DNA of 63,520 nt, counting the filler, from Basidiobolus ranarum (taxonomy: Eukaryota): assembly GCA_040143965.1 (NCBI GenBank). It is 9 parts of 9 records of this genome, joined end to end, with 100 filler letters (N's around TTAATTAATTAA, not from the genome) between each part and the next. Parts side by side here need not be neighbours in the genome. Positions count along the whole stretch, not along the records: positions 42,432 to 49,395 come from JASJQH010008079.1; positions 49,496 to 56,458 come from JASJQH010008080.1; positions 56,559 to 63,520 come from JASJQH010008081.1; 6 more parts are not named here. One strand, given 5' to 3'. This document shows positions 49,119 through 63,227 of the stretch, piece by piece (within the stretch, counting starts at the first letter, position 1; every line of letters starts with the position of its first letter). The notes below the pieces were generated by a model, which saw only the letters and a program-made list of their open reading frames with translations, searched no databases and was not told where the DNA came from. The position numbers and the translations under genes were made by a program.

Positions 49119-49395
49119 TTTGAATTAAAGGGGAGCTTTCCAAAGGTTTCTAAGTTGATAAAATCGAAAATGAAAGTTCATAATAATACAAACAGTCCAT
49201 TTAAACCAATCCAAATGCTTCCGATTATTTAGCAGTCTATGAAAGGTACATATGGAATACGCAAGCAGACTCTAGAATGTGATTTGTCGGGATATTATAA
49301 AAGTAAAGTCAAATGGACCACATTCATGCTAACCGGAAATAGGGATAAAAGTATATTGTGCAGTAAGTTACAAGGTAATTTATGTGATTATGTCA

Positions 49396-49495
49396 NNNNN
49401 NNNNNNNNNNNNNNNNNNNNNNNNNNNNNNNNNNNNNNNTTAATTAATTAANNNNNNNNNNNNNNNNNNNNNNNNNNNNNNNNNNNNNNNNNNNN
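49396..49495. other. Artificial contig linker
   Basis: N-TTAATTAATTAA-N. Confidence 0.99.
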
Positions 49496-50406
49496 CAGAA
49501 CGATCAACCTTTGACCAATCCTTTCCAGAGAAAGCACCACCACCGTGAGCACCCCAACCACCATATGTATCGACGATGATCTTACGACCAGTAAGACCAG
49601 CATCACCTTGTGGACCACCAATAATGAATTTTCCTGATGGGTTTAAGTGGTACACGGTTTTGTCATCACGAAGGTTGGCTGGAATAACGGAATCAATCAC
49701 CTTCTCCTTCAACTCACGTCTTATAGTCTCATTATCAACCTCAGGAGAATGCTGAGTGGAGATAACAACAGTGTCAACACGGAGAGGGACCATAGCTCCA
49801 TTGTCGTTCTTGTATTCGACAGTAACTTGGGTCTTTGAATCAGGACGTAACCAACCAAGAGTACCATCACGACGGAGTTGGCTCATTTTATAGTTGAGCT
49901 TGTGAGACAGGGTGACGGTGAGAGGCATCAATTCAGGAGTTTCATTAGTGGCATAACCAAACATGATACCTTGATCACCGGCACCAGTATCCTCAATGGC
50001 TTGACTAACTTGGACCAACCCTTGAGCAATATCGGGAGATTGTTGCTCAATAGCAACAAGAACATTGCAGGTCTTGTAATCAAAACCCTTTTCGGAGTCA
50101 TCATAACCGATCTTACGAATAGTTTCACGAATAACTTTTTGGTAATCAATTTGAGCCTTGGTGGTAATTTCACCAAAGACCATGATCATGCCAGTCTTCG
50201 CAGCAGTCTCGCAAGCAACCTTAGAGAGAGGATCCTGTGCAAGACAAGCATCGAGAATTGCATCAGAGACTTGGTCACAAATCTTATCTATATATTGGAT
50301 TATTTTAGTCTCACAAACATTCAACATGCGTATAAACTATCTACATACCAGGATGTCCTTCACCAACGGATTCTGAAGTGAAAAGGAATGTATCAGCAAT
50401 AGTCAT
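49496..50406 (-). CDS. SAM2: S-adenosylmethionine synthetase, 3'-truncated, one intron (~50288-50348)
   Basis: [71 protein letters not shown]. Confidence 0.98.
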
Positions 50407-50899
50407 TGTGAGAGTAGACTGGTAGGAAAAACTAAGGTGTCGGATGTGGGATAGACAAGTCGTTCATATATATATTGTAGGTGGTCGGATTAATTGTTCG
50501 AAATAACCCTGGATGATAAAACGAAAAAGGGGAGGATCGCTCAATATGGAGAACAAATCAAGGGAGTCATATAATCAGGAAATTAGGATAAACTACGCAA
50601 AAGATTAAGACAGTGTGATAGTGGCCAATAGAAATCGAACACCAAACAACACACTCCAATAATATTGCGCTAACCCTGCTTAATCCCTAAACGAGCTCCT
50701 CATTCACAGGAGAGTGCCTGTGACTACATCCATACAAATACAAATAAAGAACGAAATGAACCTCGTATCATTAGCTGTAGATCACTTTAACCGCTTGGCA
50801 TAATCATGTATATATCCAGCTCTCGTCATGTGCCTTATTGACGAGCCCATTTGAATGGCATGTATCCAGCATGAACCTCTAGTCAGATATAGCACAAAG

Positions 50900-53800
50900 T
50901 AGTCAGCTTAGAAGCTTCTTTGAATACTGCGAGAGAGCGGTAATGATATATGCAGATTCGCCACATCTTCGGTTGTGGGATTCACTTGAAACGATATCGA
51001 TACATGTGCACAGTAGCTACTGTGTTGCTGTTGGTACAGGTAGCCTTTGAAGATGAGGTAACCTCCAGCTATTTTTGGAAATGAGTTACAAAGTCCCCAC
51101 TGCCTGGGCCTGCTTACGCAAACGGCTATTATAAGAGGTACAATGCAACTAATGGATGTATTGCATCAATTGATTGAACGTAGTCAGCCATTGTCATATG
51201 GCAGAGAGATTGCGCAATCTACCCCCGTTGTTGTTGATTTGGATGATTTACATCGAATCGAGATTGTTTTGCCGATTGTTAGCTTGTTCAATAGTCATGA
51301 CAAAATTAGCCCTTTGCCAAGAATACCTTAGCAGAGCATATTACAGCAGATAACTTGACATTAGTTGTAAATATACAGACGGCCCGTAAAAGTATCTGTC
51401 ACTCGCCTTGATGTAGTGTACATGCAGATTAAAAGTCATACAGAAGCTTTCTATGGATTGCCAGCCATACTTTTAGCTATGTTTGCAATTTTCAGATGAT
51501 TTTCAACACCACAAGCAATATGAGTGTTCCATTCCAAAGGTGTAGTTGGCTGAGTATGGTGAGTCTCATTAACTAGGACTTGTCATATTGACAGCCGAGC
51601 CGATAAGGGTTTGTGACTACGAAGTGTACTTCGGTTTGATCATAGATTTCGCAGAAGTCCATCAGCAGTTTTTTCATCATCTGAGGTGGGGACTTGAGAT
51701 GGAAATAAATCCTTAAGAAATTGATATCGGTAAGGTCAGCGATGGAAAGCACGCTCCTTATGCCATATATGGTTCATCTTTTGTAGCATTCATAGCTGAG
51801 ATCAAACTTTATTATGTTCAAGAAAAGCCCGTCATGGCATGATAATCAAAATCTCTCTGTGTCTAGTAGGAACAATTCAAACAGATAAATAGTTGCTCTT
51901 CTTCCCATCTTCACATGGCAATTGATCGGTTACTAAATTGGGTCTAGAATGTCCAACTGTCATGTATGGACACAGTTCATGAAGCCTAGAGCTCTGGAAA
52001 TCCATTTTGACAGTCTAGCTGTAGGAAGATTCCACCTTTTCAGAGACATTTAGCCGTGGATGACGTCCATAAATCTCTTATGGGATGAATTAGAGAGAGC
52101 ATTGCAAATAAGTTCTTGGAATGGCAATAATTTGATTTTCTTTAACTTTCATCACTCGCCACATCCACTACTTGAATTGGGAAGTGTGACCAGCAAGTAA
52201 TGAGATGTTCCAGCTCCTAGGCTTCTACCATGTGGTTGGCAAAGTCATATTTCGGTTTCACATCGGAATCTTATTGTTACTATTGAAAATATTGGGATTC
52301 GAGATTTTTAGGCTCTGGATAAAAAATATCCTCAACCTTGATTCATCTGTAGAGTTGACCCAGTATTACTCTTTCACACTGTCCAAGCACATCCCAAATC
52401 AAGTGCCGAGCGCAGGTGGATTTTGGAAATGGGCTCCGGATGTCACATAGCAAACATCCAAAGTGGACTAGAACAAACGAGAACGAGCGTTAAGGCGATG
52501 GATATCCGAGACTTTAGTCATAATGCTGTGGAGGTCAGCGATGGAGATCGCTTACGGCGAGATCTATTAGATCATCAGCTGGCCATCTTCTCTTAGACAT
52601 CACCCACCATCTCTTAGATCATATTGAAGACGGGCGATGTGACTTGGCTCAGAGCTCAACCCGATGAACATCCGATAACCGACCGTTATGTACGCTGCAT
52701 TACCTTGAACATACAAATAGTTATCCCTCCGAAAGCATGTTGAACATTCTATTGCTGGTGGGTGAGATAAGCCCAATTGATGGGGCTTCATAGACTATAG
52801 TACACAGCCGTTGGAAGAAGTTTTATTAGAGCCAAAGCCTGATCGACATGATCGATGCTGAAGTGGTAAACCCTTTTCCACCAGCCGTTTTAGGAATTAT
52901 GCTTATGCAGTATGACGGATGAGGAGACCGATTCAACTCTTGCGAGCTAGATTTAATTTGCTTCTGAAGATTTATCGGTTGAGCAGACATTAAACAAAAA
53001 CAATACAATGCAGAATTCCATGCTTTCCGTGATATCACTGGAGGCTGATCTTGACCGACCAAACGATTCTGGTGAACACTACTTGATTCAATGAGGGAGA
53101 AACATGTTATTCATTCATATTGAATCTAGCAGTAAATCCTCAAATCAAGGGGTTTACCGTATATTTGATTGAGTATCGATATGGTTGTCGATCATCAACT
53201 ATTGTTTTTAAGCCCAGAGTATTTGAATATCATTATGGTCATCGAATGGTCAGAGAATGCAGAACTACCCAAATAAAGGCTCTTTCTCTATAATCAACCA
53301 ATGCATGTTAAGGTGAAGTTAAAGCCTTGTCCATCTTCCAGCTTTTTCAAACGTTATGCTTGGTAACGGCTATCATTACCAGCCAGTTGTAGATGCAGCG
53401 ATATTCAACTACTTTCTAGCTACAACCTCGTTCCAGGGCTCTACGAGATTTGCGATGGAAGTAGGGAAATGTGTGTTCCAAATGTGCATATATTATTGCA
53501 TATATTATATACAAAATGTCACAAATTACTTGGAGGCCGCATGTATATGGGATCCTGCAGTTGACAAGCTATACTCTACTTGATTGGGCAGAGACCACAT
53601 GAGATCCAAACAAAAGCTCCTACAGTAGAGCAATTTCTTAAACCAGATGTTTTGTAAGGGATTGGGCGAAGATACAAGGCCCTACTGGTAAAGGAAACCC
53701 CGATGCTCTCACTTAAGTTTCCTGAAGTTTAAAGCATTTGTGATGAGCATCGTCAGCTAAGCTTCAAAGTAAAGAAATGATATCAGTCTAGAAACCATGA

Positions 53801-55717
53801 AACTCGACATTATGAGATGGCTCATTGGTTTTAAAGATATCAATGCTCACAATACTGAATCATATACAATACATATCAGATTTTCAATGGATCGATTCAA
53901 TTACACAGGTACGATGATTGTGTAAAGCTGGCTTTGATGTGAAGGTAAAAGTCTAGATTTCTCACTCGGTTTGTCGAACGTTCAGAAGGCAATGGGACGG
54001 TGAATGCTCTCCAAACATTGATCCAATCAAGTAGACAACAGTAGCACAACAATACCTCAACAACGTGCATGAGCTGATGGGGTAGTGGTATCCATCACTT
54101 TAGGGGTTTAGAACAGGAAGTGTGTTAGGCCAGTAGTACTAAATTCAAGTCGGCCTAAATCTTGTTCTTCTCCGGAAGAAGGTTGCACGAAATAAATTTA
54201 TTTGCCCAGAGTTGGAAGAAAGAAGAATTTCGTAGTGGAAATCCAAACCATTTGGATCATCTCTGTAATAGTAAAGAAACTATTGATCCCTTACTTGATC
54301 CAGTCTGGCCCAAGTTATCTGCAATGCGCTGACAAATAGCTTTGAACTGGTAGTATCTTGTTGTACTGTGAGTGCTTCGAAGGTATATATCTATTGTGGG
54401 AACAGCCAAGGTCCAGGGTTTGCTAATTAAATGACATGTGCACTTCCTCGTCGCTGGCCGCATCAGATGTTCATAAACGGATATATCAATCCAAGCCATT
54501 GACAAAAAGCAGCAAACATATCATATTAGAATACAATTTGTAGTTGATTGCCAACGATAAAGAATGGTAAATCGACTTTCGAGATCCAATGGATAACGTG
54601 GAGCTTTCTATTTATATTTCATGGTACAGTGTTACTTTTATTTTTGGTGACACTTCGATGTCTAAACTGGTAATTATACTTCGCTTTCGAGGAAAATATC
54701 AAAACATACGCGAGTGGTCTTCAAGACTTGGATTCTGAATGGATAGATGATTTAAATTCTAACGTGGTAGACGATCATGAATTGGACTTGGTACCCAGCC
54801 GTATCTTGTGAAGATGTCACTTTCAGAAAAGACATCTAGTCCAAACTAACAAGCGTTGGTAATCTCAGGTACAGATGATAAACATCTTGTATGTAGATAT
54901 TCCGATACTTGCTGATCTGGGGGATTACTAAAGGCTCCGGATCCCGTACCACACCAAGCCTCTCTAACCAATGGTTCCACTTTACTAGGAACCAAGATAA
55001 ATCTAATCTAGGAATTTATAGTGGACCAAAATATTGCCACGAGAAACACCAATTTACTATTCATGCAGTTATGCTCAAATCTGATGAATATCGGCAAATA
55101 AAAATTTTCCCCTGTATAAATTATTCACTGGAGACACGCTGTTTACGATTGGTTTGTAAAAGCATAGAAATGAGAACAGCAGCTCAAGACATATATCCTC
55201 ATGATAAAGCTTAGTAATTCTCTTAATATGGACTAAGCAGCTAGTTTGACAGAGTCGCATGCTTCTCAGAACAAATCTTAGTATGCAAGAAACCTTCAGG
55301 ACACTGTAAGAAAGAATGTAGATACCTTACACATTATGCATGTATCGCTTGTCGAAAATGCACACTCCAAGTAGCTTTTGGCTCGATTTGGGAGACAGTA
55401 TTTAGATAATATCCCAAGAAGGATAATGCGTATGGGATATAGTAGAGTGAGCACGAATAGTTAGACAGATACTCGAATTATCTCAAGACATTTGAAAGAT
55501 ATATTTGGTGAATGAATTAAGAAAACCAGTAAGGGGAGCAGGGTAGTGGATCAAGGTATTGGATCATGTGCAAACTAGGATGATCCAGTAGGTAAATTAC
55601 CCGTTCCTTAGTGTGAAGTTGCACGAATGGGGAACTGCTCGAAAAATAAAATCCATTAACTCTGGTGGTAAGATTGCTATATATGGAACTAAGAGGTGAG
55701 TGGACGTAGTCGGTCAT
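50900..55717 (-). pseudogene. Decayed long coding-like region; candidate endogenous negative-strand RNA virus L (RdRp) gene
   Basis: Weak motif remnants in L-protein order (see findings). No intact ORF; boundaries approximate. Confidence 0.35.
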
Positions 55718-56112
55718 CCTTATAGTTGAAAATTACCTCAGTCAGTGAAACGCACCTTCTGACCAGCATGGTTCCTTGGTTGAAAAACCTTCTTTTTCCT
55801 TATTGGCCGAATTTAGTATGTGGGTTTTTGATTTGCCCGGATTTAAACATGCAGGCAGTTCGGTATCGTTCCAAGATCCTGAGCTTGTCCTATATAAAAG
55901 GAACGTTCAGACAATCATGAATTCATCTAAGCACTGTGCCAACCTACTAATCCTATTTTTCGTGTACTTTTCAATCTACTTCCTTGGGTAGCCTTTACTT
56001 TTACTGTATACATTTGCTTATTTTTGCCTGCCTCTAATTTCTCGACCTCTATAATTTCAAACTCTCTTAATAGAGTTTTCCGATACCTTAATTCAAATAA
56101 ATACGGAACAAG

Positions 56113-56458
56113 ATGCCCTCTGATCTAAATGACTTCAATGGAGAGCCTCCCACCAAGAAGCACTGCTCTTCAACTGTCTCAGACCTAGACCGTTGTGTTT
56201 ATGCTGATGACAGTGAGTTTGCACAATATATTGACACGTCAAGTTTTGACTTTACTGGCGATTCCGCAGAAATACTGTCACAATCTTTGGGTACTGATAA
56301 AGCTGAGGCCAATGAATCGAACTCAACAAACATTAGAACCTCACAAGATCTCTCATCTGTGGAAGAACTTGAGAATAGTGAACAAGCCACCACGCAATCT
56401 CCCCAGGCCCTCTCTGATAAAGAATTACATGAACACACCCCGGACAAAAGTGACTCCA
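56113..56458 (+). CDS. Hypothetical protein N-terminus (acidic/Ser-rich, PPTKK possible NLS), 3'-truncated
   Basis: Open from an ATG in A-rich context to the contig end. A TATATAA box at ~55891 and a pyrimidine-rich leader lie upstream. Confidence 0.55.
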
Positions 56459-56558
56459 NNNNNNNNNNNNNNNNNNNNNNNNNNNNNNNNNNNNNNNNNN
56501 NNTTAATTAATTAANNNNNNNNNNNNNNNNNNNNNNNNNNNNNNNNNNNNNNNNNNNN
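56459..56558. other. Artificial contig linker
   Basis: N-TTAATTAATTAA-N. Confidence 0.99.
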
Positions 56559-58162
56559 AAAGTTTGTACAAACCAACGAGCAAATACGGCAACCCCCCCC
56601 CCCAAGAGACCAAGTATATATACTAATCCATTACATGCTACACTTTTCAGCAAGTACATATGGGAGCTATTTTATATGTAGACTAAAGTAATGATGTATA
56701 ATGGCTACATCCCAATAACTTAAAGCATGTGTTAAGATCTGGTTTTCCTGTTTTCACACGAATATGGAGTTTGTATATTTGATTGGAATATAAATGAAAG
56801 GGTGATTACTGTGTTATAATTACAACCTCATTCTATCAAGTATGAACCTGCTGCAGGAGATTTAAAAGAATTAACTACCAGATATTCAAGCTGCTTGTAA
56901 GTAACGAATTAAGTCTTTGCATCTACGGAACCGTATTAGTGTATTTTAGTTTTCCCTCTCTTATTCATCGAATTTATTTGGCGTCCGAAGAGTTAGAGGT
57001 GCAACAAAGAGAACCCATCAAATAAGAAATAATCTTCTCAATATTGGTACAAATAGAAATACCGGAGATAGCGATATGAGTACGTAAGAAGCTCGCAGAG
57101 TATAGACCTACCAAAATCTCAAAAATGTGCATGGTAGAAAAGACTGCGGAAAATGCCAGTTTCAGACAATATCAATTCCAATCGAAGCTCTACTATCCAA
57201 TGGCCTTAGTAAGAACTGGTACTAAACCCTCTAGAATTTCCACATTTGGCTTTAGTCTGGCTAGTAATGATGGGCATATATATGAATAGAATGGATATTA
57301 GTCAGCATTGTCTTTATAGAAAATCTGGCAATAGGCCGAGTACTGCGAGCAAGCTTACTTTCTGAGTGAGTTTGGTCAAACCCATTAGAAGTTGCTTCGC
57401 TAGGGACGGAATCAATCGAAAATCCAGCTAATAGTTTATGCGAGTTTCCTTTCTGAAAGCGATATTCTTAACAAAACTGTTATTAGTACGTCATGAAGCC
57501 ATGGGTTCTGTCTCTTGTAAACTCATCACTTGAGACATTCGTTCTTACCTCTGCGGAACTCCTAACATCTTACATGTACCTATTCTGTGCTCTCAATAAT
57601 AACTGTTCTTGTAAATCAATTATCTTCTGGTTCCCTCGCAAATCATTACATTATTGGAGCATTGAAATATACGAATTCTTTAGAACAAGATCCGGTTTTA
57701 AAAGTTCCATTGTTTATTAACGGCAATCTTGGGCTTGTCACACTGGCTAGGATTGTGATATATGAAGACTATTTTCTCCATTGTAGCTTAGTTATGTATC
57801 AGGTTATGTAGCACGCCTCCGAAAGACCTTCCTTTAGTAGTAAATAGATGGCTTCTTTTCTCAGGTTAATCATGATTTAGGTTAATTTTCATCATTGAAC
57901 CTATCCGCAATTTCAGAAATAGATTAGTGGTTTATAATGCATTACGGATTTTAATTTAGAGTAAATATTTTCAAAATGTATAAAATCATGGAGAATATGG
58001 GATCATCTCACTATTCTTTCCATCTCCCTTGGCTAAATCGAAGGGAAAAAAAAATAGAGTCGTCTTGTGGTAGAATTTACTTTTCCGTAAAGGTATAATA
58101 TGGTCTTCCCTTGTGTATAAAACCTCCGTATTAACTCATACCTTCTAGAAACTCAATAAATA

Positions 58163-61100
58163 ATGCCTGCAATCACTACTGCTCAACTTGGGGCTATACA
58201 AAAGAATGTTAGCAATATTCGTAATATTTGTATTTTAGCTCACGTTGATCACGGCAAGACTACATTATCTGACTCTTTGCTCGCTTCAAACGGTATCATT
58301 TCAAGTAAACTTGCTGGAAAGATTCGCTACCTAGACAGTCGTGAAGATGAACAAATGCGAGGTATTACCATGGAATCGAGCGCCATTAGTTTATATTTCA
58401 AGATTATGAAGAGACTACGTGAAGAGAATGGTGAGTTCAAAATCATTGCCTAAAACGTACTCGTGGTACCTTTTTCTAACAGAGTTTCTTTCTTTTGATA
58501 GAGATCGTAGTCAAAACTGACGAATATTTGATCAACTTAATCGATTCTCCCGGACACGTCGATTTCTATAGTGAGGTATCCACCGCATCTAGACTTTGCG
58601 ATGGTGCCTTGGTACTTGTTGACGCCGTCGAAGGTGTTTGTACTCAGGTAATGAATTTTACTAGTTAGAGTAAACAAGGGCATACTCAGGTTAATCATGT
58701 TTTATTCATTTTAGTAGACCCATACAGTACTTCGTCAAGCTTGGCGAGAAAATGTTCGACCGGTTTTGGTGTTAAATAAAATCGATAGACTTATTACCGA
58801 GTTACAACTTACTCCACTCGAAGCATACACACACTTGACGAATATTCTCGACCAAGTTAATGCTATCATGGCCACTTTCTTTACCGGTGAAGTGATGGAA
58901 GAGGAGGCACGTAAAATTGAGACTGAGAAGGTGGGTGGATTTATTCTAGATTATTGCATGGAGTATATGTTAATTTAATGAACATTTCTACCTCAGATTG
59001 CTCGCGCTCAGACTGAGGAAACCTCTGAAACATTAGAACAACAGTTTTATGATTGGACTATAGAGGAGAGGGATGATTCTCATATCTATTTCGCGCCAGA
59101 GTTAGGAAACGTTCTATTTGCAAGCGCTATTGATGGTTGGGCATTCAGGTAAGTTATTTTCTACTTGACCAGTATCGGATACTTGTATTAAGGTAGGAAT
59201 TTCTCCAGAGTGGATCAATTTGCTCAGCTCTACGCTGATAAATTAAAGATCAAAGAATCTTTGCTGAAGAAGACACTATGGGGTGACTATTACTTGGATC
59301 CCAAATCAAAGCGTATCATTCAACATAGACATTTGAAGGGTCGCCAACTCAAGCCAATGTTTGTTCAATTCGTATTGGAAAATATTTGGGCAGTTTACGA
59401 TTGTGTGGTCATGAATAAGTAACTATACATCTTTTTTACTGTTTCAGGGAGTATTTGTTAAATCTGTTTTTTCGTGTTTCATTGTACCTCTAGCAATCAA
59501 GAAAAGATTGAGAAAATCGTTAAAGCTTTAAATCTCAAGATTTTACCCAGAGACATGCGATCAAAGGACACCAAGATCTTACTTAGCGCTATTTTCAGTC
59601 AATGGCTCCCATTGTCCACCTCCATTCTGTTAGCAATCATTGATCAACTTCCATCCCCACGTGATGCTCAAACTTATCGTGTTCCAAAGATCTTGTACCC
59701 ATATGAGAGCGATATACAAGAACCAAAGAATGAACTTGAAACTGCCATGTTCAATTGTGAGATCAATGATGAGTCTCCTATCGCAGCATACATTTCCAAA
59801 GTCATATCGGTCCCTCAAGAAATTCTTCCAGAAAATAGAAGAGTTCAACTTACCGCCGAGGAGATGAGAGCGAGAGGTAGAATCATTCGAGCAGCCAGGG
59901 AGGCCAGTCAATCAATCACTGGTGACCATGGGATCGCACTGGACCAGGTGGTTCTCGAAGACTCAAATTCCATGTCGAGTGAAATAGAAGAGCAAACAGA
60001 GAATTCCCCTGGCGAGACTAAACCTAACGAAATTCTAATCGGTTTTGCTAGAATTTATTCCGGAACAATTCGTGTTGGACAAACTCTGTATGTACTTGGT
60101 CCAAAGTACGATCCCGCCTATCCGGACCGCCATTGCAGTGAGATTCAAGTCCAAAACCTCTATTTAATAATGGGAAGAGAGTTACAAGCCTTACAGGAAG
60201 TATCAGCTGGAAATGTGTTTGGTATTGGTGGCATCGAGGGACATATTCTTAAGAGGGGTACTATCAGTAGTACCAAGGAATGCCCTAGCTTAGGCGCATC
60301 AAGAAATGATACCGCCCCTATTGTTCGTGTCGCCCTGGAACCAGTGAATCCTTCTGAAATGCACATTTTAGTAGAAGGGCTTCGTATGTTAAACCAAGCC
60401 GATCCATCAGTGGAAGTAGTTGTCCAAGAGACTGGTGAGCATGTTCTTCTAACCGCAGGAGAATTACATCTTGAAAGATGTTTGACTGATCTAAAAGAAA
60501 GATTTGCGAAGATTGAAATTCAAGTATCGCCACCTATCGTACCTTTCCGTGAAACAGCAGTAGTTCCTATTGATGCACCTAAGAATGATCAACGTGGAGT
60601 GATCAATGTCACTACACCTAACAAGTTGTGTACACTGAAAATTCGCTCCATGCCTTTACCATCGAACGTTGTGAAGTTCCTCAACAAGAACATTAATACT
60701 TTAAAAAGATTCTCAAACGAAAGAGACAACAAAACCACGGTGAATGATGAAGATGTTACTGCTGAGAATATCACCGCTGATATCGCAGGCACCAATACAG
60801 TTAATCAAGAATTATCATTTGCTGAATTTAAGGAAAAATTAGAACATAAATTTAAAAAGTCAGGCAGTGATATCTGGGAAGGTGTGGTTGATAAAATATG
60901 GATGTTTGGACCGAAACGTGCCGGACCTAACATCTTGGTTAACAACGTACCTGGTGGCAAATCTTGGTTCAACCAAGCAAGCGAACGTAAAAATACCGAA
61001 GTAAGAGCTGATGAAGAAGATCAACTTGAAACAACCAAAAACCTGGTTCGTGAGTTTGAGGAGAGTATCAATACTGGATTCCAGTTGGCTACATTTGCTG

Positions 61101-61773
61101 GACCATTATGTTCTGAACCAATGGTTGGAATGTGTTTCTTTTTAGAAGAATTCATCGTAGAAAAAAATGAAGACGACGATGAAACTACGGCTCGATCAAA
61201 ACTTGGTATGGTGTCGGGCCAGATCATCTATGCAATGAAAGAAGCTTGCCGTCAAGGATTATTAGCTTGGTCTCCACGTTTGTTACTGGCCATGTACTCC
61301 TGTGAGATCCAAGCTCAAACTGATGTATTAGGAAAGGTCTACGCGGTTTTATCAAGACGTAGAGGAAAGATCCTGTCTGAGGAACTCAAGGATGGTACAC
61401 CATTCTTCCATATCAAAGCTCTGCTACCCGTTGTAGAAAGTTTCGGTTTCGCCGATGATATCCGTAAACGTACATCTGGCGCGGCCAGTCCTCAACTGGT
61501 ATTCTGTGGATTCGAGATGCTTGATCAAGATCCATTCTGGGTACCTACAACTGAGGAGGAACTGGAAGACTTGGGTGAGAAAGCTGATAAAGAGAACTTG
61601 GCAAAGAAATACATGGAAGGTGTCCGTAAGCGTAAGGTAGGCAGACTAAATATCACTAACAGCATCCCTTCCAAAAGCAAAAGTTAATTTTTTTATGATT
61701 TATCTAGGGCTTGTTTGTGGAAAGAAAGATTGTAGAGCATGCTGAGAAACAACGTACTCTGAAGATCAAATAG
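58163..61773 (+). CDS. RIA1: Elongation factor-like GTPase 1 (60S maturation), ~7 exons
   Basis: [111 protein letters not shown]. These signatures are EFL1 rather than eEF2. Confidence 0.97.
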
Positions 61774-63227
61774 TGTATTCAATCTGCTCTTTGACCCTTT
61801 ACACTTCCAGTGACTACACTGATACACCCATCTTTAAATGTACCTTATTTCTCGTATTATTATTCAATCCATTTATTCCTGATTATCGCCACTCCATGGA
61901 ATAGATTAGTACAAAAGAGTTAAACATCAGGAAAATAAATCGAATCTTCTCATTTGGATATTTAAAGAAGATAAATTGGCGTCAAACACAAGTAGGATAA
62001 TAATGGCAGTCTTTACCCAATTGGATGAGATCATTGTTGTCGAGCAATTTAGGGCTAAGTACCAGGCTACACAATATTTCAGTATAACTCACGGAAATCA
62101 TCGATATGTACTGCAAGATTAACAATGATGATTTCATATATCTATTAAAATGTAAATTAAATTACACGAGTTGCTTGATGTGGCAGCTACCTCCATGTTA
62201 TTGAAGGACCAAAAAATAAGAGAATCATGGAGAAATCTCGATCGAACAGATGTTATCATTTCAGAAACTCGGCACCTCAATCCTATGGCTCACATTGATC
62301 CAATAACAGACAATGAATTTATTCCACTGGAACGGACAGAAATTAGGACTCATCTCTATGCTACATGGCGAGGTACTGAGCTTCAATCTGTTCCGCTTAT
62401 CTTTTTAAAAGGATTTGGTCCAGTGACCTTAGTGAGAGCTGGATAGTCATGTAAGTCGCATTGTTGTCAGGGATGGGGAGAGAAGGGATTGACAACCATC
62501 AAAGTAAAGGAGGACTGGTCGATTTCATATAGTTCCTCTCCAGAGCAGTGGGATTATTAGTCTTAATCTCATCATTCCAAGAGTTTGTAAGTGTAATAGA
62601 ACCAATGATTCGAGATATTTGGATAGTTTGATTTTCAATTATTATTCCTGGCTTTCATTGGAGAGATACTCAACGGCAAAATGGCCCCTGTGATTAACAA
62701 CGTCTTGGATGTAACTACCATCGACTAGGCTTGAGTATCAGAATTGCTCTAAATCTTGAACGCTCGTCATGAGACCTACGGATTCCCATTTTTCCCAATT
62801 AAATCATCGATGTTTCTCCTTAGCTCACAAACACCTGTAGCATAGATTCAAGGTATGGTTATGTTAAGCAATAGCATTCCATCTTAAAAAGTTTGCTCTT
62901 CCCTCTCTCCCAACAATGATGAGGATCCACTACTGCGCCTCATGTAATATGATCCATTTGGTTGAAATTTTTTGAAAAAAATGGAAGAGCTTCTTTCAAA
63001 CCTCTTTGAAATAATATGCTTATGGGTTGCATGTGGGAAGGGGGATGTATTATTTGATGACTTTATTTCTAGGACGAACTAAAGGTACTTTGGGGACATG
63101 AAAAACTATACACGTAAATAGCAAATGGAAATTCGAAAGTATAATAAAGACTTATGACATAGGTGTTCAGCAATACGTATGAAAAGAAACAACGGTTATT
63201 GATAGCATGGGGATATTATAAAAAGAT

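Noticed and set aside
50280..50350. METTL16-type m6A-regulated splice site or SAM-sensing element in SAM synthetase
   Set aside because: The acceptor reads ATATAG|ATAAG, lacking the TACAGA consensus, and no convincing hairpin or riboswitch is visible.
21232..55717. Argonaute + Copia + candidate viral fossil as one defence locus
   Set aside because: The viral-like region is on a different contig. Only a Copia end shares the AGO contig, which is unremarkable in a TE-rich genome.
56900..57850. Possible decayed membrane-protein gene on the minus strand
   Set aside because: Hydrophobic fragments are broken by stops, and I could not build a splice model or recognise a family.
58163..61773. Call as eEF2
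   Set aside because: It has EFL1-specific motifs ([28 protein letters not shown]) and lacks the eEF2 diphthamide-loop sequence.
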